A stretch of DNA of 64,000 nucleotides from Takakia lepidozioides (taxonomy: Eukaryota; Plantae; Bryophyta): the NCBI GenBank assembly GCA_030704615.1, contig CM060733.1, positions 60,822,001-60,886,000 of the forward strand, given 5' to 3'. The position numbers and the translations under genes are program-made. Shown here one piece after another: positions 1 through 11,079 of this stretch. Positions within the stretch are counted from its first letter, which is position 1; every line of letters starts with the position of its first letter. Below the pieces are notes generated by a model. That model saw only the letters and a list, made by a program, of their open reading frames with translations, did no database searches and was not told the DNA's origin.

Positions 1-231
1 GCTTGCTCAATGGTGCTGCTATTTGTGCATACCTTTTGACAAATCTTCTGTAATAACTGGTTTGCCCAAGGAATCTCCTTAAACTCTTAACATTCACTGG
101 TGGTGGAGAGGCTTTAATGGCCTCTGTCTTCCTGGGATCCACAAGAAGTCCCTTCTTACACACAATGTGTCCCAGAAGCACCCTTGAGTTCACACAGAAA
201 GTACACTTCTCTGGATTCAGGCCCAGACCTC

Positions 232-2223
232 TCATCCTGCATCTGGCCAGACATAACTCCAATTATGCAAGTGCTCATTCTTAGAGCTGTACACACTAAA
301 ATCATCCAAGAACACCTGCATGAAATCATCCAGATACTCATGAAAAAATTCACTTATTACTCTCTGAAAGGTTGCTAGTGCATTACAAAGTCCAAAGGGC
401 ATGACTTTGTATGCATAAGCACCCCAGTCTGTGATGAAAGTTGTCTTTCCTTGATCTTCTTCTGCCACTTGCACTTGATTATAACCACTGAACCCATCCA
501 TGAATGAGTACATCTCATGGCCTGCCACAGTGTCCAATACTGCTTCTGTGAATGGCAAAGGGAAAAGATCTTTCTTTGTACAAGCATTCAGCTTCTTGTA
601 GTTCACACATACTCTTAGTTTACCATTCTTCTTGGGAACTATAACAATGGGTGACAACCAAGTTGTATACTCTATTGGGTATATAAACTTAGCCTCAGCC
701 AACTTCTTAATCTCTTCTCCAACCTTCTGTGCGTAGTTGGGATTCATTCTGTACCTCGCCTGCTTGATTGGTACTGACCCTGGTTCCAGTTCAATCTTAT
801 GCTGACAGACTTCAGGTGGTATCCCTTTTAGATCCTCATAGCTCCAAGCAAATACATCTCTGTATTTGATGAAAAAGCTTTTAGCTTCTTCAAAGAATTC
901 CGGCTCCAAATCAGCTCCTACTTTCACCATCCTCGGTTCCTCTTTAGTTCCCACATTCACTTCCCTCACTTGCTCATCAGCTGTGATTGTCCAACCAGTC
1001 ACCACTTCATCCTGTAAGCTCATAGTGGCCGGTTCCTCTAGGATTTCCATTTCTCCTTCTCTCTCTTCATAAAAATGTGATGGGTAACTGCTGGTTTCCT
1101 CTTCAGTGGGTGTTGCTGTCACTACACCACAGCAGATACCTCTTAAACAACTTAGGCTTTCCAGCCGCATCTCTGCAACCTGCTCCCACTCTGGGTGTGC
1201 AGCAAATAGGGTAGCTTCCTGCTCCTCATCCAGTCCTCCTTTCCAGTCATACTCTCTGACTCCTCGAGGTCTTCTCGTAGCAGGTAATCTACTAGATTTC
1301 TTTGTGGTAATTTGTATCTCGTGTATCCCATTATGCACGGTTAGTAACTGAGAATTCCAGTCATGGAATACCCTGGCCTGTTTCAGCCACGGACGTCCCA
1401 ATAATAAGGAGTAAGCCTCCATGACTTCATCCATCTTCAACACAGTTGTTGTGATCATAAAGATCATCTTCTGTATCTGTATCTTAACTCCTCTTATTAA
1501 TCCCAATGGCTGTACACTTCGTTGATCTGCCATTGTTACTGTAAATGGGGCTGGTTTCATGTTACTTAGACCAAGCTTGTTTCTTAATTGGTCTGTCATG
1601 ATATTTACTCCAGAACCTCCATCTATCAGTACATCAGTTAGTTCTGTGCTTCCAATTCTCAATTGGATTACTGGCATAGAATCATCAAAGTCCATGACTG
1701 TTTCTCGCCCTTCCGGCTTCACATTATAACTGGTCACCTTGCTGTTCAGGTCTGTGTTTCCTGTCTCCTGGGCAATTCGATTGATTGCTTGATACAGCCT
1801 GTGCCTACAATAAGGTGCCACAGCCAATAGCTGTCCAATGGTAATCTCTGCTTTGGTCTGGCATATTACTTCAGCCAAAGTCTCTTCATTACTTTGCATG
1901 CCTGCATCTTCTTTCTTCCTTTCATCCTCACTCCCTTCTTCTTCTTCATCAGAATCAGAGGAATCTGCCACAGGAATATCAGTACTCTTTTGCATTTCCC
2001 TTATGGTATCTGCCACTTCCTTGTGCAGTTCCTTCTCATCTTTCCAAGTCTCTTCATCTTCAGGCATATCACTGCCATCTTCATTATCATCATCTTCCTC
2101 AGCTAGTGGAGGTATTAGTTTGGCTTTGCTTCTGGTTACTATCATTGTACTTACTTCTGGTACAACACATGGCCTAACCATGTGAGCTGCCACCACTGGG
2201 CCCTCATTCACATGAGCTCTCAT
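232..2223 (-). pseudogene. pol: aspartic protease and reverse transcriptase; frameshifted near 235 and continuing to base 1
   Basis: LIDGGSGVN protease site, LLLGRPWL, SPIVIVPKKNGKLRVCVNY, FMDGFSGYNQV, VMPFGLCNA and the FLDD catalytic motif. Confidence 0.93.
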
Positions 2224-4765
2224 CTCATTCTGGTGTCTTATCCAGAATGAACAGGCTGCCCTGCGATGTCCTGGCTGATTACAATAGTAACATAGTTCTT
2301 CACCATTGGGTCCTCGCCCTTGGTCTGTTCTTGGATTATTTCTGTAATCCTGATTCCCGGGCTGGTAATTCCCCTTGGATTACCCTGATAGTTGCCTCTG
2401 GAATTTCCTTGGTAATTCCCTCTTGAATTACCTCTCCCTTCCATGCCATTGTTATAACCACCAGACCTATAGTGGTCCTGATCATTGTTTCTTCTTGGCT
2501 GGGGCTGCACCTGATGCACTCTTACTTGCCTAGGTTCTCTTGCAGCTGTCCTTCTGTTGTAGTAACAATTCTCAGTAGAATGGTTATCCATTTTACAGAT
2601 AGTACAGTGTTTCTCCTTCATGTGGCATTCTGTGGTGGTATGGCCTTCATTCTGGCACTTTGCACACCAAACACCCTTCCTCCAATGTGTTGCAGCCTCT
2701 GTGGCATACTTCTTCAAGATTTCTTCCAATCTTTTTTCATAGTTATCCCTCTTCAACTTCTCCTTTCTCTTACTCTTCCTTTTTAGTTCTTGCTCTTCTT
2801 CTTCATCTGACTCATCCTCAGAGTCCTCATCATCCCTTTTCTCTCTGCTGAGCATTCCCAATTGCTCAATTCTGTTTGCAGTTTCAAATGCCTCATCCAC
2901 TGTATTATGGGGTAACATATCCACTTTCTTTTGCAACTCTGGTCTTAGTCCACTCACAAACCAAGTCTTCTGTAAACCGGGTGCTCGTACTGCAGCCAGC
3001 TTTTTCATCATCAATTCCATCTTTTCCATATACTCCTCAACAGTTTCATGCTTCTTTTGCTTAAACTGTAGTAAACTTCCATACCTCATCCTCAGTTTTA
3101 CTTGTCCTGAACCTATTTCGGAATGTTGTATTCAAGCCATTCCAGGTTAGGAAATGATTATCAGGGAATCTTGCATACCATTCACTTGCTTTCTTTATAA
3201 GTGAACAAGGAAACAGTCTCATCTTGGCATCATCGCCATTCTCATTGTTCACAATACACATGTGCTCAAATTGGCTAATGTGTACATCAAGATCCTCTTT
3301 TCCTGAATATATTGGAAAATGTGGTTTTGCCCTTGTTGGTTGTAACGCCATCTGTGGCCCTACCTTCTGCCCACTGACAGATGCTGGCCCCCTTGCTGGT
3401 GCTGGTCCTTGAGGACCTATTGTAGTTGTGGTGGAACTTCCAGCAAGTGCTGGCCCTTGAGCACTCCCTACTACTGGCCCCACTATATTCACAGTATTCT
3501 CAGCTCCAGTTGCACTACTTCCCACACTCCCTGTCCCCCCAAAGCCAGATCCAGGCTGCCCGCCTGATCCCCTTGAGCCGACACCTTCGTTGGCCTGTGA
3601 TCCAAGTGCTTCACTTGATCCAGGTCCAACGGGTTGGGATGTCCTGGTTGTAGTCTCAACCTCAGCTGTTGGGTCTACTTCTTCATACTCTTCCTCTTCC
3701 AATTTCTTCTCTCTGTTTTCATCCTCCAAGTTCTGCCCTTGGGTTTCTTCTTCACTCATGTAACTCAACTGCAATGGTGTTGGAGAGTCTGAACTCTCCG
3801 TTGGCTTTGCCACATCCTCTCCTCCTTCTTCGTCTTCCGTCTCAGAAACTTGTGTTCTTGCTTTTGGTGTTCCATGCCAACTCTTATCAAAGATTTCTGT
3901 CAAATCTTTTATCCAGGGATGTACATTAGATCTTTCACCTTATGGTTGATCTTCTCCCTGTACCAATTCCCTTAATCTTTCTTGGAAAGAAAATGAAGGA
4001 GTGGCATCCAACTCTAGTTCTTCCGGTATGGGTGATGTACTCTCTGATCTTGATAGTGTGAGAGGTCCAGATGATTCCCCTATGTCTATTCCTCTCTCTC
4101 AAAGATATGGATAATTAGCTTTCAGATAACTTTCTTTTTTTGCTGAATATCTCTGGAGTCTAGCTTCTCTTTCATCATTCATGTCCCATGTCTTTCATTT
4201 CTTTAATGTGGCAATAACCAAAACTCTCTTCTGTGGTATCTCTCGTATATGCCTGGGTTTCTTTCAAGCTTCAATGCACCCTTGGCTATACTAGAAGTCT
4301 CCGTTACCATATAACCATATGGCAAACAAGTCTGGAAAGTTGTTCTTGGTGTGAGTTTGATCCACAAAATATCCTTTGGAATCCAATTATTTACCAGTAC
4401 AAGCTCCTCATGCATATGAGTATAAACATTCACCTTTCTTTCCTCCCAACCTTCAAACTCTACTCGCTTAATGGATAGCAATGCTATCACATAAACCAGT
4501 GTTGGTAACCCCAACGTGCTCTTCCTCTATAGGCCACCTCATAAATCTTTATCACTCCTTTATCCAGACCCCACTCAGGGTCAGCATCATGCACTCTCTT
4601 AAGAATGTTTTCTTTACAACCGTCTGGCAATTCCAATAACCTCTGAAAGAATTGTTTGGACAATCTTTCCTTCGCAGTTTCATAGGGAATTTGATTCACA
4701 TCAATTCTTTAGTTCTCCAACCACCATGATCCCACCAGATGCCTATCACATCTGGTTGTTCATGA
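2224..4765 (-). pseudogene. gag with three CCHC zinc knuckles and a long degenerate N-terminal extension; several frameshifts and stops
   Basis: Gag core (YSGKED..HISQF..LFPCSL..ASEWY..TW..L...F; QKKHETVEEY). Knuckles CAKCQNEGHTTTEC, CTICKMDNHSTENC and CYYCNQPGHRRAAC, the last in frame with pol. The frame continues upstream of 3903 through isolated stops. Confidence 0.85.
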
Positions 4766-4771
4766 CCCAAT

Positions 4772-4789
4772 TCCCCAGTATGGTCGCCA
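4772..4789 (-). promoter_or_regulatory. primer-binding site, tRNA-Arg-like
   Basis: Minus strand TGGCGACCATACTGGGGA lies 2 nt after the LTR end (...CTCGACA). It is complementary to a tRNA 3' end ...GGTCGCCA; the tRNA identity is inferred. Confidence 0.75.
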
Positions 4790-4791
4790 AA

Positions 4792-5768
4792 TGTCGAGCG
4801 GCTTTTACTCACCCATCCCTTCGCTATCCGAGGTGGAAACTCCAAGATAGAAGAGTTGGATATCTCTAAGCCTCAGCCCGCTCAGAACAATCAGTCATGA
4901 CCTGCAGCTAGTGAATCATGGTTGTGCTTCATATTTGTATTCCTTCTTGCCTTCATGTTATCAACTTACCTTACCGTGTATACTGAAGCATCAGATTACT
5001 TCAGTATCTACTAAGTTCCAGTTAATCATGCATTCATTCCACAGCTTCACTCATGTCTCTCTACACAGTGTGATTGTATCAAATAAGTATCAGATTATGA
5101 TTTATCAGGTATCAGGCCAATGCCATGGTGACTCTAATCTGCCCTACAGTATCACTACAGCTTTGCATGTAACAAGCATCTACTGTTCATCTTTCCTCCT
5201 TCTCCGTGCTCTCGTTCTTGCTCTCCGCCTGATCTCCTCTCATGCATGACCCAAAGAGCCCCCCCGTGAAGTGATCCCCTTCCCGTTGCCGCTCTCCTAA
5301 TCTACCCGCAAGTTCTAACCACCTAACTAACTAACCAACACCCCTGAAGTAACACGTTCCCTCTGCAGATGTCGTTCCCTTACAGTCGTTCCCTGTCAAT
5401 GATAACTGTTCCCCATGTACTGTGACAGACTGTGTCAAGCTGTGCCGAGCTGTGACTGGCTGTGTAAAGCTGTGTCGGGCTGTGACTGGCTGTGCGAAGC
5501 TGTGTCGGGTTGTGACTGGCTGTGCGAAGCTGTGGCGGGCTGTGTAAAGCTCGGTCGGGCTGTGTCGGGCTGTGTCTGACTGTGACGGGCTGTGTCAGGC
5601 TGTGTGGAGCTATGTCGGGCTGTGTAACCCCCCTGAAGCCTGCTGCTGCCACTTTCCTGTTGGTCTCAGTCTGCGCAAAAATTAAGGGAACCCCACAGAA
5701 CCCGTAAAAGCGTCTAAGTCCCAAGCAGCCCTCTAACAGGTGGTTCGATCTCACATATCAATCTGACA
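4792..5768 (-). repeat. 5' LTR (~977 bp)
   Basis: TGTC...GACA termini, bounded by the PBS on one side and by the resumption of homology to the region near 60200 on the other. Confidence 0.8.
5418..5626. repeat. 10-bp minisatellite (GCTGTGNNNN) inside the LTR
   Basis: About 20 tandem decamers such as gctgtgtcgg, gctgtgactg, gctgtgcgaa and gctgtgtaaa. Confidence 0.9.
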
Positions 5769-7037
5769 TCACCTGACTACAGACACATGCAACACACACA
5801 AGAGGTCATTTTGGGTTGATGGTCGGTCAAATCCTCCATGGGTCATGACACAAGGTCAAGAACAATGTGGTGAAGGCACCTTCTTCTTCAACCTATTTTA
5901 GCTTGTTTTGCCCTCTCATCAGACTCGGCCCTGAGATGCATATTGAATCCTGTAAGTTAGCTTGTTGGGCGGATCTGTGGTGGTTTACAGTGACTTTGAC
6001 AAGTTGCTGCCGATGTAGCAGCAGAAAAGTATCCAAAAATAAGTAACAGAGATGAGGAGAAGCTTTGGAATGAACACTTTTCCGACCCCAGTCAATGGCG
6101 GGACAATGGAGACAAAAAGGTGAATGCCTGTTGGACTATACTAGAGAGAAGCAGATGCAATTCAGAATTGGAACTACTGTAATAATTAGGGTTGGGGTGT
6201 TTGTTGGAAGAACTTCACGCCGTCAGTGTCAGCTGCTTACATCAAGTATTCATGATTTGTACACGGGCAGGGATAGCTGAAGGACCAGGGATAGAGGTCC
6301 AGATTCATCCAAGAAGGCCGGATTTCAAACACAAGATTACTTCTGATTCCCTGTGGATCAACAGCTACAAGACATCTGCTAATGAGAAGATGGTCTGCTA
6401 ATGACGGCACCTTCTTCAACACATTTCATCCTGTTTTTCCCTCTTATCAGAATCGGCCCTAAATTTTCATGTTGAATTCTGCAAGTTAGCTGGTTGAGTG
6501 AACATGGGATAGTTTGGAATGACTTTGACATGATACTGCCAATGTGACAACATGAAAGTATCCAAAAAGAGGTAACAAAGATGAGGGGAAGTTGTGGAAT
6601 GAATACTTTTCTGACCCCAGTCAATGGTGGGACAACCGAGCCAAAAAGGTGAATGTCTGTCATGATTTTGATCACCAGTCATGTTGCGACCCGAGGCCCT
6701 GTTGTCTTGGGCTGACATGCAGGGCAGTGCTGAAAGTCTGGCTTTCCGCTGTAAAAGTAATGAACTTTTCATATTTTGGAGGTTGTGTGACCTGGTTGGG
6801 ATTGCATCTTTGTGCAAGATCTTTCTACATGTTCAAGTGTGTGCCGGTTCCTACGAAGCATTGCATCTGATGAGGCCCTCTGGTGCAGGCTGTAAGTTTT
6901 CCTTCCAAAGCATTTTGTCCCCTTGGTTTTGCTGTCTAGGGCTGTGATCATGGCATTTATGCTTCTGATCTCGGCTGCCTCTGCTGGTCAACAGAGCTAA
7001 AGACCTAGATGGTTTTGTGGATTTTTTCGGTTCTCAG

Positions 7038-7211
7038 GTACATGATGATCTTGTGGTGGTGGATACATCGGTTGCAGACCAAGTGACAGCATGGCGGCGC
7101 AGCCAAAGCATGACTGACGTATATGCTGGTGATCATTGGTGCTCTGGTAGAACCTGTACGTACCATCAAATTGGTGACGTTTTCTTGTGCGAGAAGACTG
7201 GCAGAGCCCAC
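7038..7211 (+). pseudogene. captured exon fragment of a SKIP31-like F-box gene, with preceding intron-like sequence from ~6680
   Basis: ttctcag|VHDDLVVVDTSVADQVTAWRRSQSMTDVYAGDHWCSGRTCTYHQIGDVFLCEKTGRAH resembles the Cys/His-rich C-terminal region of SKIP31 proteins (recognised from memory); truncated after H. Confidence 0.7.
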
Positions 7212-7278
7212 AGTACTGTTCCTACCTATACTCAGACTTTGCCAACCTCCAATACTCAAACTTTGTGCACGATTTAGA

Positions 7279-7460
7279 TTCTGAACACTGCCCCTGCCCT
7301 GGTGGACATGTATGCCAAATGTGGGTGCATCGAGGATGCCAAGGGAGTGTTCAACACTATGGCTGAACGAGATGTGGTGTCGTGGAGTGCGATGCTTGCA
7401 GGGTAGGGGGTGCGGGATGGAGGCTTTGGAGACCTATGAGCAAATGATGGGGGAAGGGGG
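7279..7460 (+). pseudogene. PLS-PPR fragment (S-P motifs)
   Basis: [52 protein letters not shown], near-identical to the repeats of the 55188-59021 exon, with indels. Confidence 0.9.
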
Positions 7461-8639
7461 CTCGTTCTTCAATAGCACAGCGGCTACAAGTGGGTAGATG
7501 GTCAACTAGAAACAGCAGCGACAGTAGCACAATTCATAGAATAAGGTGCTGCTAATGAATGTACCTTCTTCAACGTATTTCACCCTGTTTTCCCCTGCTA
7601 TCAGAGTCGTCCCTAAATTTTCATGTTGAATTCTGCAAATTAGTTCGTTGGTGGATCTATGGTGGTTTTGGAGTGATTTTGACATGTTACTGCCAATGTG
7701 GTCGACAGGAAAGTATCGAAAAATAGATAACAGAGACTCGAGGAGAAGCTCTGGAATGAATACGTTTCCGACCTCAGTCAATGGTGGAACAATTGAGGCA
7801 AAAGGTGAATGTTTTTTGGAAACAGACGTAAATCAGCATAGGAACTAGTGTGATAAGTAGGGTTGGGGTGTTTGCTCAAGCAATTCTAGGCTATCATTCT
7901 CAGCTGCTAGCAGCAAAGCGAGGATGTATGCATGATTTGTGCAGGGGCATGGATAACTAAAGGAGCAGGGATAGAGTGTGGGTCCAGATTCATCCAAGAG
8001 GGCCGGATTTCAAGCTCCAGATTACCTATGATTCCCTGTGGAAGGATAGGTACAAGAAACCTGTATGGGTCGATGGTCAACTGGAAGCCGTAGCAACAGC
8101 GGCACAATTGATCAAATCAGGCACTGTTAATCAAGGTACCTTCTTCAACACATTTCACCCTGTTTTTCTCTCTTATCAGAATCGACCGTATCAAGAAGTA
8201 TTGCACTGTTTAACAGGGTCCTTGATTCTAGTAGCACCTAGTACTACAACCCATGTGTGTGGGCTTGCTTATTTTTTGCTTACTGGGCCTTTTCAGGCAT
8301 GGATTTTTGGACCTTGTGGCCTTTGAGGTATCCATTGGGACAGTGGTCTCATTTGGATTTTTGTAATATAATTTGCAGGGCGTGTATTCCCCTTACTTTT
8401 CTATTTTGACTGTCATTGTGGTTGCTAGTATGCAAGAGGGGTCCATTCTGTTTTTATATCGAAATTTCACCATGTAATGAAGAATTTAAATCATTTAATC
8501 TATTTTATTTTATATAACATTATTAAATTAAACAATAATACCATTTAATAAAAATTTCCAAGCTGCTATCCCCCTGTTTTTAAAAATAAAAAATAAATTT
8601 AAAAATTTAAAAATATAAATATAAACTATTAAGTTATTT

Positions 8640-9124
8640 TCAAAGAACATTCTTGATGACACGTAGCATGAACCCTGCTTGAACTAGAATACGTGGCATT
8701 ATATGACACGACATTCTTTTATCCATATTTTCACCACGTGTAAAGATAAGTAGTCATATATGCTAGTCATATATTCTGTCTAAGTGCCACATGTCACATC
8801 TGGAGTGCAACAGGTGTTGTGACGTGTCGCTTGCGCAGTGGTGCACGTGTTCCTCTAGAGCCTCTCCATGTAGGCAACGCTCAGCAGACAATGTAGTCAT
8901 ATAGTTAGTCATATGTAAGTCATAGAGTTGTGACTACATCACTCTCTTATGCATGACTCCAGGTGTCATGCACGCAGTCACGGCTATGACTTGCAAAACG
9001 CAGTCCTAAAGACTAGTCGCTATGACAGGGCTTTTTTCACTACAGAGTGATGTAGTCATGAATGCATATAGGACTGAAAAAATAGTCATATGTGCAGTCA
9101 TAAAAACGCTCATCTATTGTAGTG
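8640..9124. mobile_element. CACTA/EnSpm-type element terminus
   Basis: Ends in ...TATTGTAGTG (reverse complement CACTACAATA), preceded by many subterminal (T/C)AGTCAT(A) and ATGACT repeats. No partner end or TSD found; the left boundary is approximate. Confidence 0.6.
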
Positions 9125-10698
9125 ACCCCATTGGACCGTGGTGAGTCCCAAGACTCCCCACGACTCCCACCACAAGGTCTCCGCCCCATGGTGAGTCATA
9201 TGCCACCCCCACTAAGTCCCACTAAGCTACCACCACCCCTTGTGGAGCCACCCCCACCGCAAACCGGTGTGCGGGGCTCCACCTAGTGAGTGCCTCCGCC
9301 TCCTTGAGTGCCTTGGGCACTCAAGGGTGCTTCAGCCCCCTGTACCTATTGCTGCCACTGCCCCCACCACAGGGGCAGCCCCTCTGCGTCCCGACCCCCT
9401 GCCCTCAAGGCAAAGGGCCGCGACACACACCCCTACCAACAGGGAGTCGATGTCCTCATCGACTTGTCCATTTTGTAGAAACGAACATCCAAGTTGTGGC
9501 ATCCCACATCAAGGAGTTTGTTTCCACACCATGGCGTCCCATGGCAACGAACCAAACCCCACACTGACTCTACTCTCCACTAGCTAGTTCGGCCGACTTT
9601 CTCCAAGCCCCGGCCAAGGGTGGAGCCTCTCAAGCTCCTCCCAGTGCACTCTTCTTGGCCCACTTCACGGCCAAGGAATGATCCTCCCCAAGGATGGAAT
9701 CGCCTTACTGCAATAACATTGCTTACGATCGCGCATGATGTCGCTTTTGGCATCACCTTGAGCAAAGGTTTACCTTGAACCTTTTTTTACTAGGAAGATA
9801 ACCTTGAACCAACCGTGCGCCCCAATCACTACAATTGGATCCGCCTTGGAATGCTGGCCTGAGGTACGGGAACACGCCGAAGCCGCACTACGACTTCGTC
9901 CCGAGGCTACACGATTATAGTACGTTAACGGAAGCACGTAGCGTCAGCGTTAGCCCGCACTACAAAGGCAACCCCCTCGGTAGCGCAGTTATAGTACGCG
10001 CACGTGCCAGGTGCACACTAGCACGTGAACTCCCAAAGAAGGGGTGAGTTTCCTTGCCCCTTGGATGGGAGTCACCCGATTTTGGCACTGCGCAAACACA
10101 CAATTAATCCAATTTACCTCTCCCACTTTTGTAAGCTAACATGCATTCTACACACTAACCAACCATACCATGCATCACCATTCCAAACAAAATAGGAGGC
10201 GCAACATTTGGAAACCATTTCATTTATAACAAAATTTGTACAACACAAGTTTTTGCAATCGGATTCTTGAGCTAGCTAAGCCGGGCTAAGCATGCATTTC
10301 CTCCCCCACAATCCAAGGTTGATGTCCCTATCAACGCTTCTTCCGCTTTTGAGGTCGCCCTTCGAAAGCTGCAACCGCCTCGGATGCGTTTCCCATTTCT
10401 GAGGCACGCACCCAAGATGCCTCCACATGATGATAGACCTTCCATTTCACGAGATACTCCGTTTCTCGATTCTTGAACCTCCTCGACTTAAGCACTGCCT
10501 CCACCTCGTACTCAGGTTCATTTTCATGATCCAACAGCACAAGTGGCGGACGCAACACTTGATGCCGATTCGGACGCGCTTCATCTTTGAAGTAAAGCTT
10601 CAAAAGAGAGTCATGGAATACCGGATGCACCTTGCTATTTGTCGGCAGCTCCAATTCATACACATCCTCATTGATAACCTTCCGGATGCGAAAGGCCC
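9125..10698 (-). mobile_element. chromovirus (Ty3/gypsy) 3' fragment: integrase C-terminus, chromodomain, PPT and partial 3' LTR
   Basis: FRIRKVINEDVYELELP..KVHPVFHDSLLK (GPY/F region) and YEVEAVLKSRR..EYLVKWK.Y..ASW chromodomain at 10331-10698. Purine tract GTGGGGGAGGAAA at ~10297-10309. LTR extent inferred. Confidence 0.85.
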
Positions 10699-11079
10699 CC
10701 TTTTCCAGAGCTCCTAGGCTTGCACACGCATTGCAAACAAAAACAAATGTGATGTGGTTGGGCTTCACCCCTTCGCATCCTTAATGCACTCACATTTTGC
10801 ATCCATGTCCACCAATGCAGGGTTCAGGATGACATCTGGTACAATTCCAGCTTTGACGATGTCACCATAAACCTCTTTCCCCTTTTCCAGAACTCCCAGG
10901 CTTGCACACGCATTGCAAGAAAAATAAAATGTGATGTGGTTGGGCTTCACCCCTTCGCACATCATTTGCTCATAGGTCTCCAAAGCCTCCATCCAGCACC
11001 CTTGCTGTGCATATCCTGCAATCATCACACTCCATGACACCACATCTCGTTCAGCCAATACTGTCGAGCACTCCCTTTG
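10699..11079 (-). pseudogene. PLS-PPR fragment
   Basis: [64 protein letters not shown]. Internal deletion; bounded by two transposons. Confidence 0.92.

Larger units (their letters stand above)
1..5768 (-). mobile_element. Ty3/gypsy LTR retrotransposon (non-chromovirus, Athila/Tat-like RT), 5' portion; runs off the window start
   Basis: Order on the minus strand is LTR (4792-5768), PBS, gag, protease, RT. Host-like PDF-exon sequence resumes exactly at 5769. Confidence 0.92.
5769..8190 (+). pseudogene. decayed copy of the OSB-PDF exon cassette array (at least 4 PDF units), paralogous to 59021-60200
   Basis: Repeated exons KYPK..NRDEEKLWNE.FSDPSQWWDNR.KK|GT (~6024-6119, ~6554-6648, ~7709-7804) and AG|IHPRxPDFKHKITxDSLW (6304, 7988). 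Intron sequences match those of the intact gene. Stops, deletions and insertions are present. Confidence 0.88.

Noticed and set aside
5418-5626. Short repeats with variable positions, superficially CRISPR-like
   Set aside because: Contiguous 10-bp minisatellite in an LTR, no unique spacers, eukaryotic context.
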